Shown here one piece after another: positions 9,739-17,686 of a stretch of DNA of 64,000 nt (its first letter is position 1; each line of letters opens with the position of its first letter). This stretch comes from an uncultured Dehalococcoidia bacterium (GTDB lineage Bacteria; Chloroflexota; Dehalococcoidia; SM23-28-2; RBG-16-64-32). The notes under the pieces are model-generated. The model ran no database searches, had not been told where the DNA came from, and worked only from the letters and a program-made list of their open reading frames with translations. The position numbers and the translations under genes were made by a program. Location of the stretch: NCBI GenBank assembly GCA_964558415.1, contig CAZLDI010000016.1, forward strand, positions 538-64,537. The letters run 5' to 3'.

Positions 9739-11304
9739 TTATTGACCCTCCGGCGGAGCCAGCGTGTCGGAGAACATCATTTGCGCCAGGGGCGGCACGC
9801 CCATCAGCAATAGTCCGCTCGTTATGAGCGTTAGCCCGCCGAACAGCGCTACCTTGTATGAGTGGCCACCTGATGCCGCCTTCGGTGCGAAGGCATTGAT
9901 CGCTGTAAGAGCAAGGATCACGCCGATTACCATCATCCTGATGAATCCCGTATCAAACGACTGGAACGAAAGCGCGCCCGGTATGCCGATGTCCTCCGGC
10001 CTGATCGTGGAAGCGTTCTCGGTGTTGGCGATCGCCTGCGCTTCCACAAGCTTCACATTGAACGCGCTGACGACTTCGCTCACGAAGACCATCGTGCCGA
10101 TCAGCGCCACGTGCATAGGAATGACCACATAGTTGAATGTCGATGCCACGAGCTTCCGCTTCGCCCTCAACAACCACACTCTCAATGCCATGTCTGAGGA
10201 GAATCGCCCAACCTTCTCAGGCTCGCCGCCCCAGTCGTTGCCATCCCAGAATGCGCGTACGGTCCTGTGCACCAGTTCACTACCCGTCTCCGCCATGAAC
10301 CGGCTCCAGCACAACCCCGTGTTAATACCGCAGGCCACCCGCTTCAGCAGGTTTATCAGCTCTGGCTCCAGGGAACCGATGGCGCGCGCGTCGATGTGAC
10401 CGAGGCTCTCTATCACCGTGCTGCCACGAGCGGCCGTAACACCGCCCAGCGCGCGCAGGAAGTCCGCGATATCGCGGTCCCGAGCGTCTATCTTCTGTTC
10501 GAGGAGGGTCGTGGTGACGCCCACGGGCAGTACGATGATGCCGGCGACGATAAGCGCAAGGCCCATGCTGCCCAGGACGCCAAAGGTGACAAGACCTACC
10601 AGCAGCGCCGTCGGAAGCAGAATCCTTGCCATCTTCGTCATGCGCTTCTGTTCCTCCGACCTGTGTTCCAGCTTGTGGACCACGGGGTCATAGGGAGCTA
10701 TCCGGTAGATCAGGTACGCCCCCATCGCTGCCGCTAAGATCGCCACCAGTTCCACCACAACCATGAACAGCAACCCCAGGTTGTAGATCATGTTGGAGAT
10801 CAGCGCCACGAGGACAATTAGGTTGCAGGACACCATCAACGCCACAAAGGCATCGGTCCATTTGCGTAGCGCCTCTATCGCCCGCTCGTACTCGTTCGTA
10901 TAGTCGTCCATCATTACCTGTGTCTCGCGCGCCAGGAAGACCGTCTCGGGCTCGCCGGAGGCCATTGAGTTACCGAAGCGCAGAAGGAACTGACGCATGA
11001 CCTCGTCCTTTGTCGTCTTTGAGACGACGTGGCACGCGTGAGAGTAGTCGTAGCCCAGGCTCTGGACCAGGTTCGCCACCCGCGCGAAGTACGGTGACGG
11101 CAGGTAACCCAGCTCCGAGGCGCTGTCGAAAATCTGCTCGCGGCTCAGGTTGGCCGTGGAAACGGACGAAAGATACGTCAGGACAGTGAGCAGGTCGAAC
11201 TGGCTCTGGTTCATGTCAAGAAGCATGGAGTTCTTGACGGCAGACAGAGCCGGGGACCGGCCGGAGCCGATGGGGGTACTAGAAGAGTCCTTGTTTCCTG
11301 GCAT
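9739..11304 (-). CDS. flaJ: archaellum membrane platform protein FlaJ-like (double T2SSF/TadC-like domains)
   Basis: 521 aa polytopic membrane protein with two repeated T2SSF-like halves. It sits immediately downstream of a FlaI-like ATPase. An alternative start at 11226 avoids the 26-nt overlap with flaI. Confidence 0.75.
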   Translation of the reverse strand: MPGNKDSSSTPIGSGRSPALSAVKNSMLLDMNQSQFDLLTVLTYLSSVSTANLSREQIFDSASELGYLPSPYFARVANLVQSLGYDYSHACHVVSKTTKDEVMRQFLLRFGNSMASGEPETVFLARETQVMMDDYTNEYERAIEALRKWTDAFVALMVSCNLIVLVALISNMIYNLGLLFMVVVELVAILAAAMGAYLIYRIAPYDPVVHKLEHRSEEQKRMTKMARILLPTALLVGLVTFGVLGSMGLALIVAGIIVLPVGVTTTLLEQKIDARDRDIADFLRALGGVTAARGSTVIESLGHIDARAIGSLEPELINLLKRVACGINTGLCWSRFMAETGSELVHRTVRAFWDGNDWGGEPEKVGRFSSDMALRVWLLRAKRKLVASTFNYVVIPMHVALIGTMVFVSEVVSAFNVKLVEAQAIANTENASTIRPEDIGIPGALSFQSFDTGFIRMMVIGVILALTAINAFAPKAASGGHSYKVALFGGLTLITSGLLLMGVPPLAQMMFSDTLAPPEGQ

Positions 11305-13000
11305 TTCCCAGTACCCTGTACAGTTCGTAGAAGTCAGAGATGTTGGACGATTTGTGTAGCTTCTCCAGCACCTTCGCCCGCCGGTCTATCTCCTGGTAGA
11401 TGCGGCGACGCTGGTTCGGTGGGATTCCGCGCGCCGGTGCCACCTTGTTCTCCAGCAAATAGCTGTTCATGTAACCCGTGAACTCGTGGACATCCGTGAT
11501 TGGGTCCCAGTGGAACGTCTCGGCATACGAGAACGAATCGGTTACGGAGTCGTAGCCGAACAGCTCGTTGATCGAAAGAATTCGCCGCCCCACCTTGCCG
11601 TTCGGCAGCTTGACGGCGCTGGCGATGACCACGAGGTTCAGGTTATCGATGTAGGACTTCGGGACGCTGATCGGTGCAGCCGTCACACGCTGTATCAGCT
11701 TCTCCACCGTAGCCGCGTGGAACGTCGCCATCACAGCATGGCCGGTCTGCATAGCCTGGAACGCGATATTCCCCTCTTCGCCGCGGATCTCACCAACGAT
11801 GATCTCGTTAGGCCGCTGCCGCAGCGCCGCTTTCAACAGGTCGAACATGGTCACGCTGGCCGCTTCGCCGGCCGCTCCACGTACCACTTCTCGTAGCCAG
11901 TTCGGATGCGGGACCTGCACCTCTGGCGTGTCCTCCACCGTCACAATTTTGGCGCCCGCATCAATGAACGTGGTCAGCGCATTGAGCAGCGTCGTCTTGC
12001 CTGATGCCGTCTCTCCGGAGACCCACATGTTCATGCCCTCTTCAATCATGATCGAGAGGTAGGCGATCATCTGGTACGTGCAGGCGCCGCCGGCAACAAC
12101 GTCCATCACGCTCAGGGGCGTCGCGGTGAACTTGCGGATCGTAAAGTTGCTGCCCCGCTTGGAGACCTCTTCGCCGTAGACTATGTTCACGCGCGAACCG
12201 TCCGGCAGGGTTGCGTCGACGATCGGTTTTCGGTAGGTGACCGGCTTGTTGATGCGCTCCGAGGTGCGCCGCAGGAACGCGTCAAGGTCGTCATGCTTGT
12301 CGAAGATGATCGCGGACTTGAGCGCCTTCAGCACCTTGTGCTCGATGAAGACCGGTCCCAGTCCCGCGCAGCTAATGTCCTCAATATTCGGGTCCAGGAT
12401 CAGCGGCTGCAGGATGCCCAGGCCAACCTTGTCTCGCAGCAGCAGATAGCGCACCGCGTCCAGGTCTACCTGCCCCAGCGTCATGCGGGAACCCCGTCGC
12501 GGCTTTTTCCAGCCGCTATCTGCGGGACGCAGGCTCCCATCGCTCCCTACCGTGACTACGCGGTCCAGGGCGTTCAAGAGGACCTCTCGCTGCTCTTCAT
12601 TGTTCTCCGGTTGGTGATACTTGTGCACGGCGTCCACCAACAGCTCTTCGACGATCTCCATGAGCGAGTCGTAGTCGCTGAGGATCGTCGGCTCAATCGG
12701 GATGTAGTAGTTGCGCGCGTCGTGCGCGTCCGCCAGGATGTGCGCAAAGGTAGCGTTGCCAACTGGATAGATGAGGTTCGGGGACTCGTTCGCCCCCGCC
12801 TTCCGGTCCAGCTTTGCGTGGTATTCCGGCGAACCCGTCTCGGCCACTGGAAGCGTGTGCAGGTAACGTCGCAGGTGCGCGTGCTCATCAACCAGTTCAC
12901 GCAGCTCAGCGGGAAGCGGCCCGCAGACGGCGCAGCTCGAGGAGACATGCGAGCCGTCCGACCAACCGATGTCCGGGAAGGGTAACGCAACGTACGGCAT
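11279..13000 (-). CDS. flaI: archaellum ATPase FlaI-like (type II/IV secretion ATPase superfamily)
   Basis: 573 aa with Walker A GETASGKTTLLNAL, Walker B/Asp box IIVGEIRGEE and His box TGHAVMATFHA. Length and N-terminal domain fit archaeal FlaI rather than the shorter bacterial CpaF/TadA. Confidence 0.85.
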   Translation of the reverse strand: MPYVALPFPDIGWSDGSHVSSSCAVCGPLPAELRELVDEHAHLRRYLHTLPVAETGSPEYHAKLDRKAGANESPNLIYPVGNATFAHILADAHDARNYYIPIEPTILSDYDSLMEIVEELLVDAVHKYHQPENNEEQREVLLNALDRVVTVGSDGSLRPADSGWKKPRRGSRMTLGQVDLDAVRYLLLRDKVGLGILQPLILDPNIEDISCAGLGPVFIEHKVLKALKSAIIFDKHDDLDAFLRRTSERINKPVTYRKPIVDATLPDGSRVNIVYGEEVSKRGSNFTIRKFTATPLSVMDVVAGGACTYQMIAYLSIMIEEGMNMWVSGETASGKTTLLNALTTFIDAGAKIVTVEDTPEVQVPHPNWLREVVRGAAGEAASVTMFDLLKAALRQRPNEIIVGEIRGEEGNIAFQAMQTGHAVMATFHAATVEKLIQRVTAAPISVPKSYIDNLNLVVIASAVKLPNGKVGRRILSINELFGYDSVTDSFSYAETFHWDPITDVHEFTGYMNSYLLENKVAPARGIPPNQRRRIYQEIDRRAKVLEKLHKSSNISDFYELYRVLGNARKQGLF

Positions 13001-13007
13001 CTCTGCA

Positions 13008-13922
13008 TCAAGCTTTTGTCTTGGATATCGGGATGCTCTTCAGCCCCAGCCCGGTGGCAACGCTGAAGCTAACGGAGTTGCCCACCGTCTTTGTAGCGCC
13101 GCGGATCTTGGACACCTCCAGCGTCCGCACCACCTGACCGCCCAGCTCCTCAATGCTCAACTTCAAGTGCGCGTCCACAATGGAGCCGGCGCGCAGGCGC
13201 AGGGATTCGTTAATCGCGTAGGAGTGCAGCGTCACGATGATCGTCCGTCCCAGCTCCGCCAGCTCCTTGCACGTCGCCAGAAATGACAGGACGAACCGAG
13301 CGTCGAACTGAAAGAGAAGCGGCGTGATGGAGTCCACAATCAGCAAGTCATACTTGTCGCCCTTCTCCACGAATTTGAGCAGATTCCGCGTCATCTGCTC
13401 CGCGCGTTCCTGGTCGACGCGCAAGTTTGATTGAAAGAGCGAGAGCCGGCCGACCAGATAGTAGTCCATTACGGGCATGCCCAGGGTCTCCATGGAATCC
13501 ATGAGCTCCCGCGCCGTGCATTCCGAAAGAAATACGCCCGCCCTCAAGCCCTCCTTTAGCGCCCCGTACATGAGCTGCTGCACAACAACGCTCTTACCGG
13601 CTTCTGGATCTCCCTCCACCAGGGTGACTGTGTTCAGCGAGAGGCCGCCCCCCAGCTTCTTGTCCATATCCATGACGCCCAGGGCTATGACCCGCGGTAT
13701 GGCCTCTTCGGGCTCTTCCTCCTCGGACATCTCATCGTCCGCCTCCGCGTGACTCTCAAGTCCCGCCATAGGGTCCGGCGCTGGGGCCACATCCCCCTCA
13801 GAAGCGACCGGAGGCTGAGTCAGCTCCGCCAGCGGGTCAGGAACGGGGGCCACCTCAGGCGCCGTATCAGCAACCGCAGTCGCGCCGGGCGTCAGGAGTT
13901 CGGTTGTGGCTTCAGCTTCCAT
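13008..13922 (-). CDS. flaH: FlaH-like RecA/KaiC-family ATPase with acidic N-terminal extension
   Basis: Walker A GDPEAGKS, Walker-B-like LLIVDSITPL, KaiC/RecA-like core of about 230 aa. It is preceded by about 75 aa of Pro/Ala/Glu/Asp low-complexity sequence. Its position directly upstream of flaI is as in archaella operons. Confidence 0.75.
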   Translation of the reverse strand: MEAEATTELLTPGATAVADTAPEVAPVPDPLAELTQPPVASEGDVAPAPDPMAGLESHAEADDEMSEEEEPEEAIPRVIALGVMDMDKKLGGGLSLNTVTLVEGDPEAGKSVVVQQLMYGALKEGLRAGVFLSECTARELMDSMETLGMPVMDYYLVGRLSLFQSNLRVDQERAEQMTRNLLKFVEKGDKYDLLIVDSITPLLFQFDARFVLSFLATCKELAELGRTIIVTLHSYAINESLRLRAGSIVDAHLKLSIEELGGQVVRTLEVSKIRGATKTVGNSVSFSVATGLGLKSIPISKTKA

Positions 13923-13940
13923 TCCTCAATCCGCTCCAGA

Positions 13941-14444
13941 TCAGAAGTAGACCGTGTATGAAACACCGGTATCGGATGTCAGCACGAACCAGCGGTCGGC
14001 GCTCGCCACCGTTGCCGGGCCAAGCTGTATGCGGATCGTCATCAATTCGCCGGTGTCCAGCTTGCCGGGGTTGCGGGCGTCCGGCGCGATCGCCGTGATC
14101 GTCCACGTGTTATCCGGCTGGATCGCGTCCTCCGTGTAGGGCAGCCACGTGCTGTGGCGCTGCAGGTCCGCACCGTTGTAACTGATTATCATGTCCATGT
14201 GGGCGAAGTCCTCCAGCACTGTCCTCCCGTCGTTCGCGACGACTGCGGTCACATCCACGCCGGTCGCGCCCACCACACTGGAGACGACCGACAGGTCTGT
14301 GCCGAGGCGCTCTTCAGAGATCGCCTCCATCTCGCGCCACGACTCGTTCACCGTGGTCAGCGAATTATGCGTTACATCCGCGATCAACACCCCTGCCAGG
14401 ACCATGATCGCTGCGATGAGAAGCGCGGGAATCGTGTGTTCCAC
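13941..14444 (-). CDS. flaG: FlaG-like archaellum accessory protein (N-terminal TM + beta-rich domain)
   Basis: 167 aa with N-terminal hydrophobic helix MEHTIPALLIAAIMVLAGVLIA. Size and position (between the flaF-like gene and flaH) match euryarchaeal flaF-flaG. Assignment is by synteny and architecture only. Confidence 0.5.
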   Translation of the reverse strand: MEHTIPALLIAAIMVLAGVLIADVTHNSLTTVNESWREMEAISEERLGTDLSVVSSVVGATGVDVTAVVANDGRTVLEDFAHMDMIISYNGADLQRHSTWLPYTEDAIQPDNTWTITAIAPDARNPGKLDTGELMTIRIQLGPATVASADRWFVLTSDTGVSYTVYF

Positions 14445-14453
14445 AACAGTAAC

Positions 14454-14957
14454 CTAAAGCGAAAACGTCCTACTGGCCGTGATACCGTTGGGCAGCACGA
14501 TGGTGCTGATGTAGTCGGTCCCGGCGGCCAGGTTGTAGTCCAGATAAACGGTGATTCGGAGCGTCGCGAAGGGCGTCCACTCCGTGTCGTTCTCAAGTTG
14601 GTATTGCCAGCAGGGTTCAGTCCGTGGCGGTGGCACCGGATTAGGGCACGTTGGCAAACTGTCATAGTCGATGCGTTCGAAGGCATCGACCTCTCCGAAG
14701 AAAACGTCGATCTTGTTCAGCGACGGTATGTTGATCGCGCCAACGTTCTTCGCCCAGATCTGGACACTGTCCTGTCCATCGATGCCGGCCGTCTCAATGA
14801 CCTTGACATCACTCCGCAGGCGCGTGCCCACAACGTCGCTCGCGGCCACGATGTCGCTGCTCGTCCGCTGGATAGCCGGCAAGACGGAGTTGATCACGAC
14901 CACCGTCGCTACGATCGCCGCGATCATTAGCAGCAGGGAGGTTATGACCTTGTCCAC
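14454..14957 (-). CDS. flaF: FlaF-like archaellum accessory protein (N-terminal TM + beta-rich domain)
   Basis: 167 aa with N-terminal helix MDKVITSLLLMIAAIVATVVVINSV. It is a paralog-like neighbour of the FlaG-like gene. Assignment is by synteny only. Confidence 0.5.
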   Translation of the reverse strand: MDKVITSLLLMIAAIVATVVVINSVLPAIQRTSSDIVAASDVVGTRLRSDVKVIETAGIDGQDSVQIWAKNVGAINIPSLNKIDVFFGEVDAFERIDYDSLPTCPNPVPPPRTEPCWQYQLENDTEWTPFATLRITVYLDYNLAAGTDYISTIVLPNGITASRTFSL

Positions 14958-14998
14958 GACTTACCTCCAGTTGTCCGGGCCGTGGGGGCATGATCGAT

Positions 14999-15736
14999 TC
15001 AGAGCGAGGCCAGCCTGTCGAGGTCCTGCATGACCTTGATCCAGGCAAGCCTTTCTTCGTCAGATGTCTTGAGCAGTTCCTGCAAGTGGGCGAGGGCGCG
15101 AATGATGTTGGGGGGAAGCGCGCCCCAGAGTCTGTGCATCGCGATCACATGCTCAAGATTCTCAGCGCCGATCGTCGCTAACGCCTCCGTCACCCAGGAC
15201 GACAGACTGGCGCCCGCGGTTATCGGCGGCAGGTTCGCCATGTACATCGTTGGTATCTCCGTATCTAGTGCAGGCCGATCGAACTCAGGCTCGGAGCGCC
15301 TCTTCCGGCGACCCGCAGCGGCTGCCGCCTCGCGGTCGGACTGCCTTGACCCGGCGGCGTCGCGAGGATCACCTGATTCGGGCGCGTCCTCAATCAGCGG
15401 CGCGTCCGCTCCCTCCGCCACCGCAACCGGATTCGCGTCCACCGTCGCAACGCCTGTCTCCGCCTCGTCAATTCCCAGCGCGGAAGCGGGTATCGTCTTG
15501 GTGTTTGCCGGCGCCGAATCGGCGGCAGTCGCCGCCTCGTGAGCAGCAACCTCGGAGGCCATGGCGCGCGCCGTCGTATTCAGGTCCATGCGGATGAACG
15601 CTGACTGGTTGTCTTCGCCCAGAGGGTTCACCTTCTCCAGGACGACCTCACGGATATCGAGGAGGACATTGCGTATCTCCGCCTTGAGGACCTTTAACTC
15701 GTCCTCCAGCTCTTTGATCTTCGCGTTGACTTCCAT
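14999..15736 (-). CDS. putative FlaC/D/E-like archaellum accessory protein (coiled-coil N-term, Ala-rich linker, conserved C-terminal domain)
   Basis: 245 aa with N-terminal coiled coil EVNAKIKELEDELKVLKAEIRNVL and a low-complexity linker. The C-terminal block (...MYMANLPPITAGASLSSWVTEALATIGAENLEHVIAMHRLWGALPPN) is reminiscent of the FlaD/E domain. Its position is between the archaellins and the flaF-like gene. Confidence 0.4.
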   Translation of the reverse strand: MEVNAKIKELEDELKVLKAEIRNVLLDIREVVLEKVNPLGEDNQSAFIRMDLNTTARAMASEVAAHEAATAADSAPANTKTIPASALGIDEAETGVATVDANPVAVAEGADAPLIEDAPESGDPRDAAGSRQSDREAAAAAGRRKRRSEPEFDRPALDTEIPTMYMANLPPITAGASLSSWVTEALATIGAENLEHVIAMHRLWGALPPNIIRALAHLQELLKTSDEERLAWIKVMQDLDRLASL

Positions 15737-15762
15737 GGCCTGAGCTGCTCCTGATTCAGGCC
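15737..15762 (-). promoter_or_regulatory. stem-loop (7 bp stem GGCCUGA/UCAGGCC) abutting the start codon of the FlaD/E-like gene, with the SD (AGGAG) in the loop
   Basis: Inverted repeat GGCCTGA(15737-15743)...TCAGGCC(15756-15762) lies between the archaellin array and the accessory genes. There is no U-tract. Confidence 0.4.
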
Positions 15763-15811
15763 CCGATTACGCCCCTACCATTTGGTGGCTCGTCGGGGGC
15801 GCCATCAAGGA

Positions 15812-16402
15812 CTAGTGAAGGTCCATTACCAGATCGATCGACGGAGGCATCGTGCGGTTGATAAGCAGCGTGCCGCCCTGCGGAGGAACGACTTCCAGAG
15901 TGAATATCTCGTTGGCGACGAGAGTGGAGGCTGCTGGAGGAGCAACGTTGATCTCGAATAGCTCCCCGTTCTCCAGCAGATCGTCGGCGTCGCCCTGGAT
16001 CTTGAGGACGGTGTACGTAGCGTCAGCCACGCGCGCCTGCGCATCGATGTAGTTGATGATGACCGAGTTCGTCGCGGCAGCCGGGTCGACCAGGACCGGG
16101 AAGCCGCCGGCGGCGTTCGCCAGATTGAACTCGATGTTGTCAAGAGTGGTGATCGTGCCACTGGCGTTAGTGTCCGTGACCGTGAGTGCACCGCGGACTT
16201 CGAGGTTGCCGCGGGCCTTCTCCAAACCGGCGAAGACGGTCTCCTTGCCGCGCTCAGCGCTGAACAGACCGGTGCTGAGGACCACGAAGGCGAACACCGA
16301 GGCCACGATGACGAACGCGATCAGGATGATCGCCGTCTCCAGACCGGTGATGCCCTCTTCTTTCTTGTGCAGGCTGCCAAACAGCCGCGTAAGCCTCGAC
16401 AT
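15812..16402 (-). CDS. flaB: archaellin (archaeal-type flagellin), paralog 4
   Basis: 196 aa. Class-III signal peptide (MSRLTRLFGSLHKKEEG|ITGLE) followed by a hydrophobic N-domain (TAIILIAFVIVASVFAFVVLSTGLFSAERGKETVFAGLEKARGN). Compare Methanococcus FlaB [36 protein letters not shown]. Confidence 0.85.
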   Translation of the reverse strand: MSRLTRLFGSLHKKEEGITGLETAIILIAFVIVASVFAFVVLSTGLFSAERGKETVFAGLEKARGNLEVRGALTVTDTNASGTITTLDNIEFNLANAAGGFPVLVDPAAATNSVIINYIDAQARVADATYTVLKIQGDADDLLENGELFEINVAPPAASTLVANEIFTLEVVPPQGGTLLINRTMPPSIDLVMDLH

Positions 16403-16435
16403 TCTGTTACCCCTTCCTGCCTGTGGGCCCGTGAC

Positions 16436-17026
16436 CTAGTGGAGGTCCATGACGAGGTCGATCGACGGCGGTACTGTGCGGTTGATCAGCAGCGTGCCAC
16501 CCTGCGGAGGAACGACTTCCAGAGTGAATATCTCGTTCGCGACGAGAGTGGAGGTGCCTGGAGGCGAGACGCTAATCTCGAAAAGCTCCCCGTTCTCGAG
16601 CAGGTTGTCGCCATCGCCTTGGATCTCGGTAACGGTGTACGTAGCGTCAGCCACGCGCGCCTGGGCATCGATATAGTTGATGATGACCGAGTGCGTGGTG
16701 GCGGCCGGGTCGACCAGGACCGGGAAGCCGCCGGCGGCGTTCGCCAGGTTGAACTGGATGTTGTCAGCGGCGGTGATAGTGCCGCTGGCATCGGTGTCGG
16801 TGATGGTGAGGGCCCCGCGGACCTCCATGTTGCCCCGCGCCTTCTCCAAACCGGCGAAGACGGTCTCCTTGCCGCGCTCAGCGCTGAAGAGACCAGTGCT
16901 CAGAACCACGAAGGCGAACACCGAAGCCACGATGACGAACGCGATCAGGATGATCGCCGTCTCCAGACCGGTGATGCCCTCTTCTCTCTTGTGCAGGCTG
17001 CCGAGCAGCCGTGTAAGCGTATTCAT
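16436..17026 (-). CDS. flaB: archaellin, paralog 3
   Basis: 196 aa, about 90% identical to the neighbouring copies, with the same class-III signal peptide and hydrophobic N-terminal domain. Confidence 0.85.
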   Translation of the reverse strand: MNTLTRLLGSLHKREEGITGLETAIILIAFVIVASVFAFVVLSTGLFSAERGKETVFAGLEKARGNMEVRGALTITDTDASGTITAADNIQFNLANAAGGFPVLVDPAATTHSVIINYIDAQARVADATYTVTEIQGDGDNLLENGELFEISVSPPGTSTLVANEIFTLEVVPPQGGTLLINRTVPPSIDLVMDLH

Positions 17027-17063
17027 TTGTTACCCCTTCCTGTGTTCCGTGAGCGTGTGTGAC

Positions 17064-17654
17064 CTAGTGGAGGTCCATGATGACGTCGATCTCCGGCGGC
17101 ATCGTGCGGTTGATCAGCAGCGTGCCGCCCTGCGGAGGAACGACTTCCAGGGTGAATATCTCGTTGGCGGCGAGAGTGGAGGTGCCGGGGGGCGAGACAT
17201 TGATCTCGAACAGCTCCCCGTTTTCCAACAGATCGTCGGCGTCGCCCTGGATCTTGAGCACGGTGAACGTGGCGTCAGCCACGCGCGCCTGGGCATCGAT
17301 GTAGTTGATGATGATCGAGTTCGTCGTGGCAGCCGGGTCAATAAGGACCGGGAAGCCGCCGGCGGCGTTCGCCAGATTGAACTCGATGTTGTCGGCGCTG
17401 TCAACGGTTCCGAGCGGCGCGACGTCGGTAATGGTGAGGGCACCACGGACCTCAAGGTTGCCCCGTGCCTTCTCCAGTCCGGCGAAGACGGTCTCCTTGC
17501 CGCGCTCAGCGCTGAACAGACCGGTGCTGAGGACCACGAAGGCGAACACCGAGGCCACGATGACGAACGCGATCAAGATGATCGCCGTCTCCAGACCGGT
17601 GATGCCCTCTTCCCTCTTGTGCAGGCTGCCAAGCAGCCGGAAAAGCTTAGACAT
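17064..17654 (-). CDS. flaB: archaellin, paralog 2
   Basis: 196 aa with the same N-terminal domain. It has a divergent patch at residues 78-90 (VAPLGTVDSADN). Confidence 0.85.
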   Translation of the reverse strand: MSKLFRLLGSLHKREEGITGLETAIILIAFVIVASVFAFVVLSTGLFSAERGKETVFAGLEKARGNLEVRGALTITDVAPLGTVDSADNIEFNLANAAGGFPVLIDPAATTNSIIINYIDAQARVADATFTVLKIQGDADDLLENGELFEINVSPPGTSTLAANEIFTLEVVPPQGGTLLINRTMPPEIDVIMDLH

Positions 17655-17686
17655 GTATTACCCCCTCTCGCCTGTGAGCGAGTGAA

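Noticed and set aside
8806-9813. 335-aa Ser/Gly/Ala-rich ORF antisense to the M23/LysM peptidase low-complexity N-terminal region
   Set aside because: It mirrors the Pro/Ala/Glu-rich sense frame and has no start or SD context. It is an artefact.
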